Positions 24,664 through 39,094 of a stretch of 64,000 nucleotides of DNA are shown piece after piece; position 1 is the first letter of the stretch, and each line of letters starts with the position of its first letter. A program made the translations under genes and the position numbers. The notes below the pieces were generated by a model. The model made no database searches and was not told the origin of the DNA. It worked only from the letters and a program-made list of their open reading frames with translations. The stretch covers positions 30,566,001-30,630,000 of the forward strand of contig OZ336873.1 of the NCBI GenBank assembly GCA_965287045.1, read 5' to 3'. Origin of the DNA: Carcharhinus amblyrhynchos. Taxonomy: Eukaryota.

Positions 24664-25319
24664 GAACATAAGAACATAAGAACATAAGAAATAGGAGCAG
24701 GAGTAGGCCATCTGGCCCTTCGAGCCTGCCCCGCCATTCAATAAGATCATGGCTGATCTGTCGTGGCTCAGTTCCACTTTCCCGCCCTCTCCCCATAACC
24801 CTTAATCCCTTCTCTTATCAAAAACCCATCAACCCGCTTCTTAAAAATATTTAGCGAGGCAGCCTCCACCACTTCAATGGGCAGAGAATTCCAGAGATTC
24901 ACCACCCTTTGAGTGAAGAAGTTCCTCCTCAACTCCGTTCTGAACCGCCCCCCCTTTATCTTGAGGCTGTGCCCCCTAGTCCTACTGTCTTTTTTGAGCG
25001 GGAAGAGTCTTTCCACCTCTATCCTATCCATCCCATTCATCATCTTATACATCTCAATGAGATCTCCCCTCATTCTTCTAAACTCTAACGAGTACAAGCC
25101 TAGTTTATTCAGCCTCTCCTCATAGCTCAACCCCCTCAACTCCAGTATCAGCCTAGTAAACCTCCTCTGCACTCCCTCCAAGGCCAAAATATCCTTGCGC
25201 AGGTGCGGCGCCCAAAACTGCACACAGTACTCCAGCTGCGGCCTCACCAATGCCCTATACAGCTGCAGCAAGACCTCCCTACTTTTATATTCAATCCCCC
25301 TCGCTATGAAGGCCAATAT
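24664..25319 (-). mobile_element. Young 5'-truncated CR1/HER1 LINE (RT C-terminus, open frame)
   Basis: ORF 24768-25340 has LYRALVRPQLEYCVQFWAP...RRMRGDLI...FFTQRVVNLWNSLP; (AACATAAG)n tail. Confidence 0.95.
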
Positions 25320-25451
25320 CAAGGTTAACACCCCATTCAACCTTCAGGCTGATACAGAGTGAGTGGCTGTCTCAGGATTGAATTTCAGTATATGGTTATT
25401 GGTGACTTGGATGGCCAGTCATAATTTGAGATTTTCCTCGTGCAGTCACTT

Positions 25452-25728
25452 GGGGTGGCACAGTGGCATGATGGTTAGCACTGCTGCCTCACAAGGACCT
25501 GGCATGTGTCATTGTCTGTGCACGATCTGCATGCTTCCCTCGTGTCTACATGGATTTCTCAGGGATGCTCTGGTTTCCTCCCACAATCCAAAAGATGTGC
25601 AGGTTAGGGGCATTGGCCATGACAAATTCTCCCTCAGTGTACCTGGAGTCTAGCGACTAGGGGATTTTCACAGTAACTTCACTGCAGTGTTAATGTAAGC
25701 CTACTTGTAAGACTAATAAATAAACTTT
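25452..25728 (+). mobile_element. HE1-type V-SINE, variant B
   Basis: Same head, core and tail as 1355. Confidence 0.85.
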
Positions 25729-26084
25729 AAGCTTCTTTCGTGTCCCATCCTCAAGTTGTCCAGATTTTCCTTTGAAAGTTGAAACTTGGGACTTCACTCA
25801 GGTTACTTGGCGGGTTGTGATTGGTGATGTTGGTGCACTCTTGAGAGGTGAGGCTGCCCAGTGTGTATTCCAGTCAGGACTTACAGGATTTCAGTTGAGT
25901 GCATGGGTTTTGTTTTGAGCTCGTGTGTCAATGGAAGTGCTTCATTAGCTGTTGGACAGTTCTTTGAGGAGGATGTTTTCCCTGCAGACATCAGGAGGTT
26001 CAATTTCGGCTAGGATGGGAAACCACTCGAGTTGTGTCAGTTTCTAATCACCGTGCACTGAGTCAGAACATACTATCAAAATAA

Positions 26085-26410
26085 CAGTGAGGCTAATGGC
26101 ATTTACCATTACTTATGTTAAATGGTACTTCAGATAGTGAAATTCAAATTCAATAAAAATCTGCAATTAAAAGGCCTAATGATGACCATGAAACCATTAC
26201 TGATTGTCATAAAAACCCATCTGGTCCACTAATGTCCTTTAGGGAAGGAAATTTGCCGCCCCTACCTGGTCTGGCCCACATGTGATTCTAGATCCACAGC
26301 TGACTCTTAACTGCCTTCTGAAATGGCCAAGCAAATCAAGCAATTCAAAGGCAATTAGGGATGGGCAATGAATGCTGGCCCAGATAGCTACGCCCACATC
26401 CCATATATAA
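26085..26410 (+). mobile_element. tRNA-derived SINE-like repeat (family C)
   Basis: aaaaacccatctggtccactaatgtcctttagggaaggaaat...; shared in reverse with 50643 and 60812. Confidence 0.75.
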
Positions 26411-29077
26411 TATGGGAATATAAAAAAATTCTAAACATCCCTCATCAAGGGGTTTACCAACCCCATGACAAGACATTCATTTTTGGAGAGGTAAATTGGG
26501 AAGAAATATGCCTCTAGCACGTCAGAAAATATCTAAGTGTCTACAATTCTAATCATTTTTGAAATGACTTCCAATTTTGCAAGCAAAGAGCTCCATGTCT
26601 TGACAATATTTTCTTTAATTATTCCGATCATGTTACATTATCATTAATCTCATTTTCATAAGAATTTTCTTCACTGGCAACAGTGATTTCAAGTTTCCCG
26701 TGTAGGTGCTTAGATAAAATTCATTTCAATCATTCGAAGGTTCCCAATGAACCACCGCCTCTCATTCATTTGTAACAAGTGACCCAGCTGCCAGTGTTGA
26801 CAGAGAAGTTTCGGTGAATGCCAGTCGGTATCGGATGAAAAGATAATTGAAAAATGACAAAAGACAAACGTCAATCAACATATATTCACACTTGGTTTTG
26901 TCCTGGAATTGCAGAACGAGACAGGTAATGAGCATACGACTAAATTGCAGAAATTACAAACCATCTGTGAGACCTCGGATAAGTTATCCACCAAAGCAAA
27001 AAAAACAAGGCAAACCATTTAGTCTTATTAGTCCAAATGAGCTTTGGATCCACAAATGTGCCGTGAATTTTAATAATAATCATGATATCCATATTATACA
27101 TATTTCACAGAAGACAGCACCCTCTTTTAGGTCCACTGACAGTGTTTAACAATATGTTATTGATAGAATTGGAGGAGACTGTCAGCAAGCAGTTCAGCTT
27201 TCAGCTCATCCTTGAAGATCAGGATAAGGAGAAAGGTGGGTTTTCATCCCGTAATTCTTACACAGTTGAGTACCCCTGCAGAACAAACTCATACAGATGC
27301 CAGGATGATTTGGATAAGAGGCATACAGGTTCAGAGAGTGTAACAGGCTCACAAGGCTAAGAGGAGATCTCACACATTCAGAAAAAAAATCTATAATGAG
27401 GTACTAATGTGTATAAATAGTCTGTTGTCAACCAGTCTTATAATCTGTGCCTGTGCCCAGGAGTGAATTAACAAGATGATGCATTTACTACAGCGTTTGC
27501 AGTAGCGAATGAATTTAAAAATCGCTCAGTGGATGCACCTTACTTGGCCAAAAAACTCAGAAAGAGATTTGAGGTTCCTGTCTTGGGTATCATGATTGCA
27601 TTACATTGTTTCAGATCTTCAAAGGTTAAAATCCATGAACCTGACTTCCATGTGACCTAAAACAAGTCATTCAAGAGGAAAGTAAGAAATAATTGCTGTT
27701 TTCTCTCTCTCTGCTGTATTGGTATAACGATTGTGCATAACAGATTGAACAAAGTGCTGTTGTGACAGGTGGTAGAACTCAGCTAGTAAGCACAGAGACA
27801 GGGTTCAATTTAGTTTGGTGAATCCTTTAATTGTAGTGTGGCTAATTAGAGAAGATTCTTTACACTCAGAAGTGTTTACACTCACTAGTATGAATACATG
27901 AATGATTAAATGGTGTCTTTAAAAGCTTGAAACTACAGCAACAAAAAGTTATTTTGCTGATAAGACGAAGTATTTTCCAGCTTTGCACAATATTGTTCAC
28001 ATTTTTAAGATTCTACACTCTTTGGCAGAAATAAACGTGGGAGCTCATCAGAAGTGAAAACCACACCTTTTCTAATCTTCATATTATGGGTTTTCCAGCT
28101 CTCATAAAGGTAAATAAAAGATTTTACCAATCACATCTCTTGCTGCATATCCATTTTGTAATTTAACTGAACTCATGTATTACAGCCAGTCACTTGACTA
28201 ACTTCCAGCATTATACTTAATCTGACCAATTAGGGAAGAGGCTACAACTGTATGGCTAAAGTTTTATGTGTCTGAAAGCCATTTATTTGATTTACAGCTA
28301 TCACTAACCATTCAGAGCATCTACAACCATTCATTGCACATTGTACTTTCTTACTTTGGGCAAGAAATATATCCACATGACAAGCCTCAAATATTAAAAA
28401 CAACATCGTTGTAATGTTTTAGTTTCACTGTTTACATATCACGATAAATGGCTTTGAAAGAATGTTGTTATAGTGACTTGATAAGTACAGCAAGAGACAC
28501 GAGGGTACAGAATAGGAGAGTCAAAGTTGAAGTTTGAGTCTCTGCTGACATTCCAACTAAACCTTTCCCAGGAGGGAGCAGTTTGTTAATTTCAGTCAAG
28601 TTATCAGTGCAAAACAGAGAAAAAAATCTGCTTGGGCATATCCTTGTCACACCGCTGAAGTACAACTCCAAAGATTAGCACTGATATTGTCCATGGACAG
28701 CATCGTAAGGCTGTTCCATTCTACTTTCCAAACAAAGAATACAGGCTAACATAATGGAGGCAGACAATAGGAGGAAACTGAGAAGGGAAAATGATAAGTA
28801 AGATATTTTACAACCTGATTTGGAAATTATTATGGAAAATAAAGGATTGGTCTTTTTGTATTTTCTTCTCATCCTTTACAATTCTATAACTTCTTCATTT
28901 TGTTCATTTTCTCTCATCTATCGTCCTCTTTGTCTACAGCCAAAAGAATGGGTAAAGTGGATACCAATCTTCTTGATGACAATATCATTACTATTCTATG
29001 TCAGCCAACAATCAGGGGTGGGCACATTTCAAAAACTCATGCCCATCAACAGACATAAAGTGTTTGGTCATTACCAT

Positions 29078-29270
29078 AGAAACATTGAAACTAGAAGTAG
29101 CAGTAGGCCATTCAGCCCTTCGAGCCTGCTCCATCATTCATTTTGATCATGGTTGATCATTGAATTCAATATCTTGACTCCCCCCCTTTCCAAATCCCTA
29201 TAGCCCCAAGAGCTATATCTAATTTCTTCTTGAAATCAGACAGTGTTTTAGCCTCAACTGCTTTCTATGG
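29078..29270 (-). mobile_element. CR1 LINE 3' end
   Basis: agtaggccattcagcccttcgagcctgctcc, related to the 24664 tail. Confidence 0.75.
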
Positions 29271-31149
29271 TACATTCATTCAGTTCCCCATCCAAGTACC
29301 AGTACACATTGGCCTCCTAGTGGATTTCCATTTTACACAATGCTCTGAAACTATTTGTTCTTTAATACATAGTGCCAATAGGGAAAAGGTGGGCTTTTTG
29401 ATGCAATGTGCCTTTCTGCAGTTGGTTGTTCCTAATCTAATGTCTTTTCCTGACTCTTTCCCTTGATCCCATTGAGATTCTCAAGAACCACTTTAGATAA
29501 CAGCAGTGTTCACTTTGGCGTCAGAAATGTTGACATTTTGGTACAGCTTCAAGAACTTTTGCATTGTCAGAGGTGCTGTCTTTTAGGTGAAATATCAGCC
29601 CAAGCTCCTGCCTATCTCTTAATTCAAGTAGCTGTAGAAGTTTTGACATCTTGAAAGAAATGCAAATTATTGGCTGAAAATTATGCACGATGTACAGTTG
29701 GATTTCAACATATTAATACTAGCAGATCTGTGATGGTAGCATAAAATATTACTAAAAATTGCATGTATTTAATTTGCCACTGCCATGCCTATTTTCTATT
29801 GAGCTGCTAGGCATGGCACAAGGACAGCCAAATTTTGCAAAGAATTATGTGAAGACGTGTTCAGACCTTATTTTGTTTCTTCAAAAAATACTAAATATTA
29901 CAGAGAGATAAGAATAAATTCAACAATCTTCTTCTCCCAGTGGGGGAACCTGTACTTAAAGGCATTGTAAGTTGAGAATTGACGCAGCAGTATTATAGCA
30001 ATAGCTCCTACGCACTCTCTGAGAATAACAGCACACTGGGAGGGCTGAATTTAACTTTTCACACTATTGCATGTTATAGATGATATAGTGATGCATTGTA
30101 GCACCTTTACAGATAAGAGAAGATCCAAGAATGACTTGAATTAATGGGGTTAGGTTGAAAGTGTCTGTGCATTTGTCTTCTTGATTTTTCATAGAGAATG
30201 GAAAGTCAACAGAAATGCGTTTGGACTTCCTACCAAATTGGACGCCCATTCTTTCTTGAGATTATGGTTCAATATCACTGCTGCTTGCACGCACAAAGTA
30301 CCTGACAGTGTTGATTTGCATCTTTTACTGGTGGTGCCCATGGGACAACAGTGTGGCATATTTTTGCAGGGACCATTCCCCACATGGGGGCTTTTCCAAT
30401 TTCAGTCCTGTCATCACAGGGAAGCAGCAAGCAGAGACCAGATGCTACCCCATAGGAACAGTGAGAATGGCCAGAAATCCCAAGCCACTCTCATGCACAA
30501 TGCTCCTCCTTATCGTAACTGTGGTTATAATGCAGCATTGGCAGAGCCAGTCATCTGCTCATCTAGGCAAAGTAAGTTTGTAAAGCAAAGAAATAGAAAA
30601 TCAAATGTTGGTGTTTATCAAAACAATGCACTACCATTCAAAATGCACACTAATCCCTCTTGCCCTTGTGAAAACACTGACAATATTAGTGAAATTATTT
30701 TTTCCCTGTATTAGTTATGAAGGTGGACCTTGAAGCTGATATTTAAGCCCAAGCTCTGTGAATGGGAATGCAATGCTCCATCATTCGTGTTACATTCCTT
30801 CCCGTTCTAAAGACACCCTTGATAAACATTCAATATGACTAATCATTTTATGCACAAATACTTGGCAGAAATAAAATGATGCTAAAAAAATTGTGCCATT
30901 GGCAATATTTGTTAGAAAGTAGCACAGATTCAATGAACCATTAACCCACAATACTATATGCATTTATCAGAATTATTTTATTCTATAATTAAACATCAAC
31001 TATTTGGTGCAGAACAAATTTTTAAATTACATGTAAAGCAACAGGTTTGGTACAAAATAAGTTTATGAATGTATACATCAAAAATACTCACCATGAATGC
31101 AATTTAACATGATAAATAGTCTACTTGAAACTCTTAGAATTTACCTACC

Positions 31150-31500
31150 TAATACAGGTAATTAATTATTCAGCAACAAGACGGGAATACCAGTTAAAGT
31201 CAGCATAGGACAGGAGAAAATTGTGACTGTATAATGCCGAGGACAGTTTATGCCATATGGCTTTTATTCTATAGTCGAAGAAACAACAAAGGCCGATCTG
31301 AACTAATGAATAACATTGTGATGACAAATGAGAATTGTTCACCTCAAAGCTGTATTTAAAGATTTTGGCAAGTTTACCAGTTTGTACCAAAGCATAAAGC
31401 AGTCTAACAAGGCAGATTTATGACCCCCGGACAATACCAAAAGATATGAGATTTTCCACCGTCTCTACAAGCTACTGCCAACCCGAACTTGTACATAGAT
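31150..31500. promoter_or_regulatory. Candidate conserved non-coding element
   Basis: Unique TE-free sequence with TTAATTAATTA, SOX-like AACAAAG and AGATTTATGA (31414-31423). Confidence 0.33.
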
Positions 31501-33299
31501 CATCATTAAAGTCTGGCATATCTTTTCCTCAACATCTGACTTAGTTAACAATGTGCTGCTATTTGCATGCTGATTTTTCAGGCCTTTCTCTACAGCTGCT
31601 CCTCAGGTTCTGTCACTGTAATATGATAGCAAAAGAGTCAGTAAATGTAATCTTTGTCAAGACCAGGTGTGCTCTTGACTTTTTCTGTTTCATTCCAAGC
31701 AATCTTTCTCTCACTAGCTTCATAAGGTTCCATTATAGTCACATCTGGAGCTAACATTCCTTTTAATTATTGGCTAAATTTGCTGTGAATCAACCAAAAA
31801 TTGTCATCAAAGAAGGGAGCACTGCAATTTTCTGTCTTTATCAAACCTAAATGTCAACAGGGTATACAGTTGCATAATTCAAGCCCCAGTCACACCATTT
31901 TGCTGATTTCAATAAATCATCTATAGTTCTAAACTAGGAGCTCTGTATATAACAGACAGCTGTTGGGATTGCAATTACTCCATGGTGTTATGCCAATTTA
32001 AATTGTGACGCATGTTGATTTTGAAACATAACAGACAAGAAAAAAAGGGAAAGTGAAATAAGGAAGAGCAAACTGGAGACAGCTATGAATTTTTTTATAA
32101 AAAAATAAAATCTGGAAGAGACGGCAACGGATGAACGGAAGGATCAGAATAAGTAATGATGGATAATTTTCAGACAGACAAAGAATTGTATATTTTCAGT
32201 GATGTGAGCATTACAAAATTTTGATTAACATACCATTGTGATGAGAGCTGTTTTAAGGACCTCATTGTTCTACAGAATCAGAAGCTCAGCTGCCTTTGTT
32301 TAAGTCACTTGTGCTAAAGGCAGCACAGGTTTTCAATCCACAAACATCATCTCTGTACATATTGATATTTAAGAACAAAGAGATGGCAGATTGTCATCTG
32401 TATGTCAGTTTCAAATTGCAGAATTTTTGAGCAGTTCAGGTTGCTATTTAGGGATAAATTAATAGCCATGTTCAGGCATTGCCTGCTTTCTGACATAAGG
32501 GATAAATGCAGATGGTAGGCAAATGCAGAAGTATAATGACATTATCCTGACAACAATGTTATGAAATTTAGATTGGTCAGTTAATGGAAGCCTTTACTGA
32601 GATCAATAAATATTCTAACAGCTTCTTGTAGTTAAATGGAATTTTTAAAAACTCAGTAGACCATGACTTTTGAGTAATAAGAGTACACAAACCTGCATAA
32701 ATGGTCATAATTATGGCAAATAAAACTACGTAGGGACCGTGCAATAAATATTATGAATAGGATGTTTTATGTTTGGCTCAAATCTTTATATCCATCTTTC
32801 AAAAAATATTGTCTATTTTGATATACCAATCAGAATGCAACTGAGAAGTTCCTTTAGTTTTTTGGGGGGAATAAAACATTAGAAATTCCTTTGGCAACAA
32901 CTTTGCAAGCCCATTTGTGCTCATTGAGATACAAATCCCTTTTCACCTCTCCCCCACTCAGCAACCCGTATTCCTTAAATGATCAGCAGTGGTGTTGCCC
33001 ACAGTGTGTTACCATTCCATCACAGTTCAAATCCTATTGTCTTTAAGGCGACAGGGTTGAAGATATTTGTCAGCCTGCGAGACATCACAACACATATAAG
33101 TAATACCATGTGAGAATCACAAGACAAACATGCCAATTTGCATGCATTTAGTTCTTAAGGGAAGTGAGAGAGTTCTCATACTCAAGGTAAAACTTGACAA
33201 AGGAATGAATGCTGAACAAAGCCAGCCTGCTGAGCACCCATCAAGCTTTCATATGGCTTTGAATACACATGACAATCCCGAACTAACATGCTTACGTCA

Positions 33300-33640
33300 A
33301 CACAGAATTTTTAATAAATTTTATGACTGGGTAGTTGTTTCAAAATAATAAAGCAACTTCTTTAATTTGAGGCAATGATGGAAAAAGTCAGAATCGAAGG
33401 CAAACTGGAGGAAAGCCTTCAGGTTTGTGTTTAAGCTGTCGTAAATGTCAAAAAATAAAAATAAAACACTAAAGCAGAAGTAGCCATTCATGCAACGAGC
33501 CCTTAAATAATTAGTGTTTAACTCCTTCCCGACGTTTATCCCATTTGGTATGCCACCTTTGTATCTGTTTAGCACTGCGGTATTTTGTTCCATCAACCCA
33601 AAAAAAGAAATAACATAAAATGAAATCAAATATTAGAAAT
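33300..33640. promoter_or_regulatory. Candidate conserved non-coding element
   Basis: Posterior HOX/CDX-type motifs TTTTATGAC (33319-33327) and GTCGTAAA (33438-33445) in unique sequence. Confidence 0.33.
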
Positions 33641-36600
33641 GACAGCCTATGTAAGTGCTGTGAGTAACTTCTAGTCGCGGAGGGAGGGAATTGCAGGCAA
33701 GTTGTCAGGCACTATCTGTCAGAGTGAATTAGAAACAATCAACAGAGACTGAAAGGGAAGGTGATTGTTATTAAGGAGCAGGGCTGTGAGCAAGCTACCC
33801 AGATGTGGTCATGCATATAAAGGACAGGAAACAGCAGTTTAATTCAGGAAGCATTGGTGAACAGGGCAGCACAAAGGATAAAAGTCTTTTGTCACTAATA
33901 AGCTGGAAGTTACTTTGATAACAGCAGGGTTAGTCATGAATAAAGCAGATCTTTCACTAATATGAAGCATTCAAATCATAGGAATATAGTCAAGAAAAGG
34001 AATTCTCTGTGGAAAAAAAGAGCTTGTATCTTGACATACAATACTGATCCTATGTGTGCTTATAATATAAAGCAAAAATGATGCATTCATAACCTATACA
34101 AAATCTTACATTATTCAAACATTTTAAAGGCCTTGAAAACTCTGTTTAAATGGAATGGTGAGTGGCATAATGCTTCCAGTTGCCAAGCCCCACACTTTGA
34201 ATTTCCTAGCGTTCTCCAGCGCAACAGGCCTCAGGTTAATACTCCTTATAGCCGGGCTCATTCTTCTATCTCACATCCCCACCTGAATAAGCAAGCCTCA
34301 CATCCCCACACTCATCCTATTGCCTTCTCTCACTCATGCCTTACAGCCTCCCCTCCACAAATAAAATCCTTGCCTCCTCTGCACAAGTCCATTACAAACA
34401 CCTTCACCTCTCCACCTTTTCTCCATGTGGGAGAAATGTGTGGACAGGTAGAGGGACAAGTGGTGAGCTAGCCTTGGGGGTGTGGGGGTGTGGGGTGGGG
34501 GAGGGGCAGGGGGGTTGGGGTTAACCCTCCAGTGACAGAGACCTTGTCAGCCATTGGCAATGCATTGTCACTTGCTTCACCAGAAAGGAGGTCTTGTTCC
34601 AGGAAGTGTTTATTGTCCATTTAAGAGTCTCATTACACCACCACTAGTTTTAATCTAGTGGCTGGCAGGGCATTTCATGCAGGCAACAAGACAAGTGAGC
34701 CTGTGCAAAATTGCTTGCAGGTTCCTGGGTGGTAAGGTAATCAATTGTGATTACATCCATTTCTGAAAGTTTCATCATGCCTCCCCGGTCCCCTTTGTCT
34801 CCCATCCCACACCCCTTGCACCCCAGCCATCAGTCAGTCAACATACCCATCCTTGTAATGTACTGCCAACTGGTAACTAAAGAGACTCATTACCCAATTG
34901 GAAGATGTCAGGCGGTTAACCAAAAGCCTTTTTGCCTCCATTTTCAATACTTTTATATCTGGTAAAGAGAAATGTTGAAAGAAAATTTGTGGAAAAACTA
35001 TCACTGTTAAAATCCTGAGGATTTTTCACCATGGTTGCAGAGATCAGTGTCCTGGAGATTGATCTTCAGTCCCTGGAGATTTCAGGCAATACTTGGAGAC
35101 TTAGCAACCTAACCAGGATGGGCAAGAGTGGGGCCCTTCATTTAAAGAGAATGGGGGACCCAGGATTAGGAAGGGGTATCCACTGGATGTCACCCCCTGT
35201 CCTTGTTGCCAACCCCCTCCCTATTCTTCCTCCATGATCCCCAGCCTTGTGACTCACCTCTGGCTTGGGATTCAACGAAGATGCAAAGCCTTGGGTGAGT
35301 GTAGTACTGACAGCAGCCACACAACTATGGTGGCGATGCTGCTCAATGGAACTGCTGGCTTCTGTTTGGCTGGCAGCTTTCAGTGAGTGAGACCTCCATC
35401 CCTGGGGTCTACAATGCAGGAGCAAAGACCTACCACTGTCCTGACAAAGCCTGATCAGCAGAATATGCAGCAGACCTTCCCAAAAAGAAGCTAGGTGGTG
35501 CTGTCATTGGCTCTCCTGTTGACAGCCAGGACCTTCATAGCCACCATGAGATTCCACCCTGGCTTTATGTAGTAGTGTTGGAAACATAACTGTTAAATGA
35601 AAACTTAATCAATTATTGCAAAGAAATTTTGAAATACTGCCCATGGCTAGAATAGTTCAAATAAAGAAATGAACCATCCTAAAGGACAGTGAGGATACTC
35701 TGTTCATTTATTCGCACTGTCCTTTTATTTGCGACAGATAATGTAGCATTTTCAACATGTTCGCAATAAACCATAATAAATCCATACTTTAACCATAGTT
35801 CACTCCGCTAAACATACTACAATATGTTTCACAGCATCCACAGCATTACGAAAGAAAACTTATTTTTAACCAGGCTGCTTTCATCCGAAAGTCACCTTTG
35901 CAATGTTACTAATTGATTCCAAAATTGGAACTTGTTTTTGAGTGGTTCTTAAATAACATGGTTTCACCTAAAATAACCTGCAGCACACAGAACTCTGAAA
36001 TATTACCAAAGAAAAACATTTGCTTCGGTTATATTTAAAGGTGGCATAAAGCCCATAGAATCTGATTTACATCTATGGGCCCTGCTGACAGCAAGGTAAA
36101 AGGACCTTCATAAAATGAGAACACTCTTATGTTGATGCTAACTCTTCAACAGTAGCTATCTATATCTTGAAATTATGCTCCGTACAGACTATTGTAAGGA
36201 TGCTTGAAGCACTTGTGTTAACTTCCTTTCTCCATAATTCCACAGAGATTCAACGTTTTAACTTATTCAAAATAAACAAACTGGAATTCCATTAAGTAGC
36301 AGCGGGAAAACTTAACATGAACATGTTAAACATTCATAAACTAATCGTTGTGCAGTATAATTTCAAGGCCTATATCTTAGGCTGCAAGGGCAGGACCACC
36401 CGTCATAGATCAGTATGATAATGCAATGATACTATTCACATCAAAATATCGCTGTGTGATGCATTATCAAGTGAACAATCTGTAAATAGGATCAGCTTGC
36501 ACTTTACTGCAGCTGGGTCCACAATACACGAGCGTGAAACATTGGAATTGTGGTGGGTTTTGCTTGTACCAGTGCCACACAGTTATGCACCTTTGGGACC

Positions 36601-38344
36601 AGATTTCGGCAGATGTCAGCACAGCACTGGTCCCAAAGCATCGTATATGTGAGGTGTTATTAGTTAATTGTCATTCATCTCACGAGGCAAATCCTAGGCA
36701 TTAAAAGTCTGCACCACCAAACTAAAGACATTTAATATTCAGTGTGTGTTGTTGATTGCAGGCATGAAGTACTGTAGTTAATGGTGCACTGAAAAAAGTG
36801 CGCGGAGGAAGCTTGGAAGATCAGGTGGTATTAGTGATGCATATTTTTGTGGGTCTCACTAGCAAGCTAGCCATTCAGGGAACAGATTCTCTCCCTTTTG
36901 CCAATGAAATTGGAGCTCCTTTACTTCCAGTGAAGCTTGACTGAAGTGCTGGCAACAGCTAAGTCAGACTGGAGAATGGTACATGGGAATGACGTGTCTC
37001 CATTTATGCATTGCACTCCCGGGATCTATCCAGGCAATGTATAAGTGTCCTAAGATGACAGGTCAACTTCTTCTCCTCACCTTTAAAAGACAGGCCATTA
37101 ACACATTCTGTGTCTTTTGTTGTGTGACATTGGGTCAGTAACGGGTGAGCAATGAGTCATGCTTGTAGACAGGAGGTTGCAAGGTCATCTTTAGATCACT
37201 GGAGTGCACTGCAGTAACATAAACATATTTACAAAGGAAATTGCAGGATTTTATTAAGTTTAGCGCCGCAGAAGTAAATTTGCTCTTAAATAAAACTAAT
37301 TCCTAATAGATTTAGTCTGAAGTGGAATACCTGTAACTTTACTCCCTTATGGTTGCACTTTACAAATACGTGAGCCTTTCAAGTCACTGATGGTAATTTG
37401 ATCAGGATATAAATGACATTTTTATTTGGAATACTCCTGGCCCTTGGAGAGCCAGACTCCCTGTGGATTCCAAATATCTAATAATATGTCCTACTTCAAT
37501 TGGAGAGTTATATTCTTTTCAGGAAAGGGGAAGCAGTGATTCTTGATCGTTTCTTGAAGGGACATTATGACACAGGGACAAACTTTATTGTGTATTCCCA
37601 TTTTATTTCTAATGGTGTACATTGTATCAGGGAATCTTTTCAATTGCAACAGAATGGGTTGAACAAACGTTGCTTGGAACCAGCAGCTGTATTACAGAAA
37701 TGACTTATGTGACTTTGTATTGACTGGTGCTGTGTTTATACTGGAAACTGGAACTGGTGGTGTAAACTGAGCTCATATTTGCAATGTTTGATATATCACA
37801 TTTATTCTGTTTGTACTGTTTCCTGACAGTGGGGTGGCTTTATAGACATGGTTTTAAATGTAGAGCTTAAGCATGTTGTCAAGTAGTTGTGATGGAGTGA
37901 AAATGATGGAATTTAATAAATGGAACTTGATTAAGGAGACAGAGTGACTGAGGTCTTTGGTATGCAGACTAGCTTAGCAACACTCTAAACAGAAAGTTAC
38001 CTGAGCAAAGTGGATAACAATAGGGCATAGGACCTCAGGAATTAAAGCAGAGATGGCAAAAGTTCAAAAGAGAAGATAATGTTGAACTTAACACTTACAT
38101 GCTAAAAGAGTGAGCTCTCGTAAGAACTGTCACTAAAAGGGACCTCTCAGACATGTAGTTTGGACAATAAAAGATCAAAAAGTAAAGCAGTATGTCAGTG
38201 GTAGGGTTCATCTTATAAGCAAATGTGAACTGAGTGGAGTTGAGCTGAGCAGAGCTGGTCCAGGATCATAGTCAGACACGGCAGAAAGCTGTATTCACTC
38301 CAAACAGACCAGCGTCTGGGCAATTTGAACAGGCAGTTATAGCT

Positions 38345-38845
38345 ATTCTACTTTTGCAGATGCACCATAAAAAGCATTCTATCTGGTTGTATCATAGCTT
38401 GGTATGGCTCCTGCTCTGTCCAAGACCTCAAGGAACTACAAAAGATCGTGAAAGTAGCCCAATCCATCATGCAAATCAGCCTCCCATCCATTGATTCTGT
38501 CTACTCTTCCCGTTCCTCTGCAAAGCAGACAGCATAATTAAGGACCCCATGCACCCCGGACATTCTCTCTTCCACTTTCTTCCATTGGGAAAAAAATACA
38601 AAAGTCTGAGGTCACGTAACAACCAACTCAAGAACAGCTTCTTCCCAGCTGCTATCAGACTTTTGAATGGATTTACCTTGCATTAAGTTGATCTTTCTCT
38701 ACACCTTAGCTATGACTATAACACTACATTCTGCACTCTCCTTCTCTATGAATGGTATGCTCTGTCTGTATAGCGCACAAGAAACAAAACTTTTTACTGT
38801 ATGTTAGTACATGTAACAATAATAAATCAAATCAAATCAATTCAA
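38345..38845 (+). mobile_element. Rex1/Babar LINE 3' fragment
   Basis: Translates to CTIKSILSGCIIAWYGSCS...LPSIDSVY...IIKDPMHPGHSLFH...LKNSFFPAAIRLLN; (AAATC)n tail. Confidence 0.88.
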
Positions 38846-39094
38846 AATCAGAAGCAATTCCCAAAAGAGATATAGGGGCCAAGTGTGGTAACTATATCTG
38901 GATTTTTTTATGGTGTTAACAACTATTAGATGTTGTTGGGGGTTAGCTCTGAGTTTCAGAAAATAGAGGAAGTTTGGAACTGGATCAATTTAAGGTTATT
39001 ACATGTAGCCATTATATTTTTTGTTACCTTTCTTGTGTGTTACTGTTTCATGAACATTTACTTTGCTTATTCATTACAACCATCTTCACTTTCT

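Noticed and set aside
30181-30714. 177-aa plus-strand ORF with a possible exon 30195-30571 (tttttcatag| ... AA|GTAAGT)
   Set aside because: No recognisable domain, random-like composition and no partner plus-strand exons. Not excluded as a lncRNA exon.
31256-31278. tatggcttttattctatag, resembling miR-135
   Set aside because: Two deletions and a mismatched 3' end relative to the mature miRNA, with no complementary star arm nearby.
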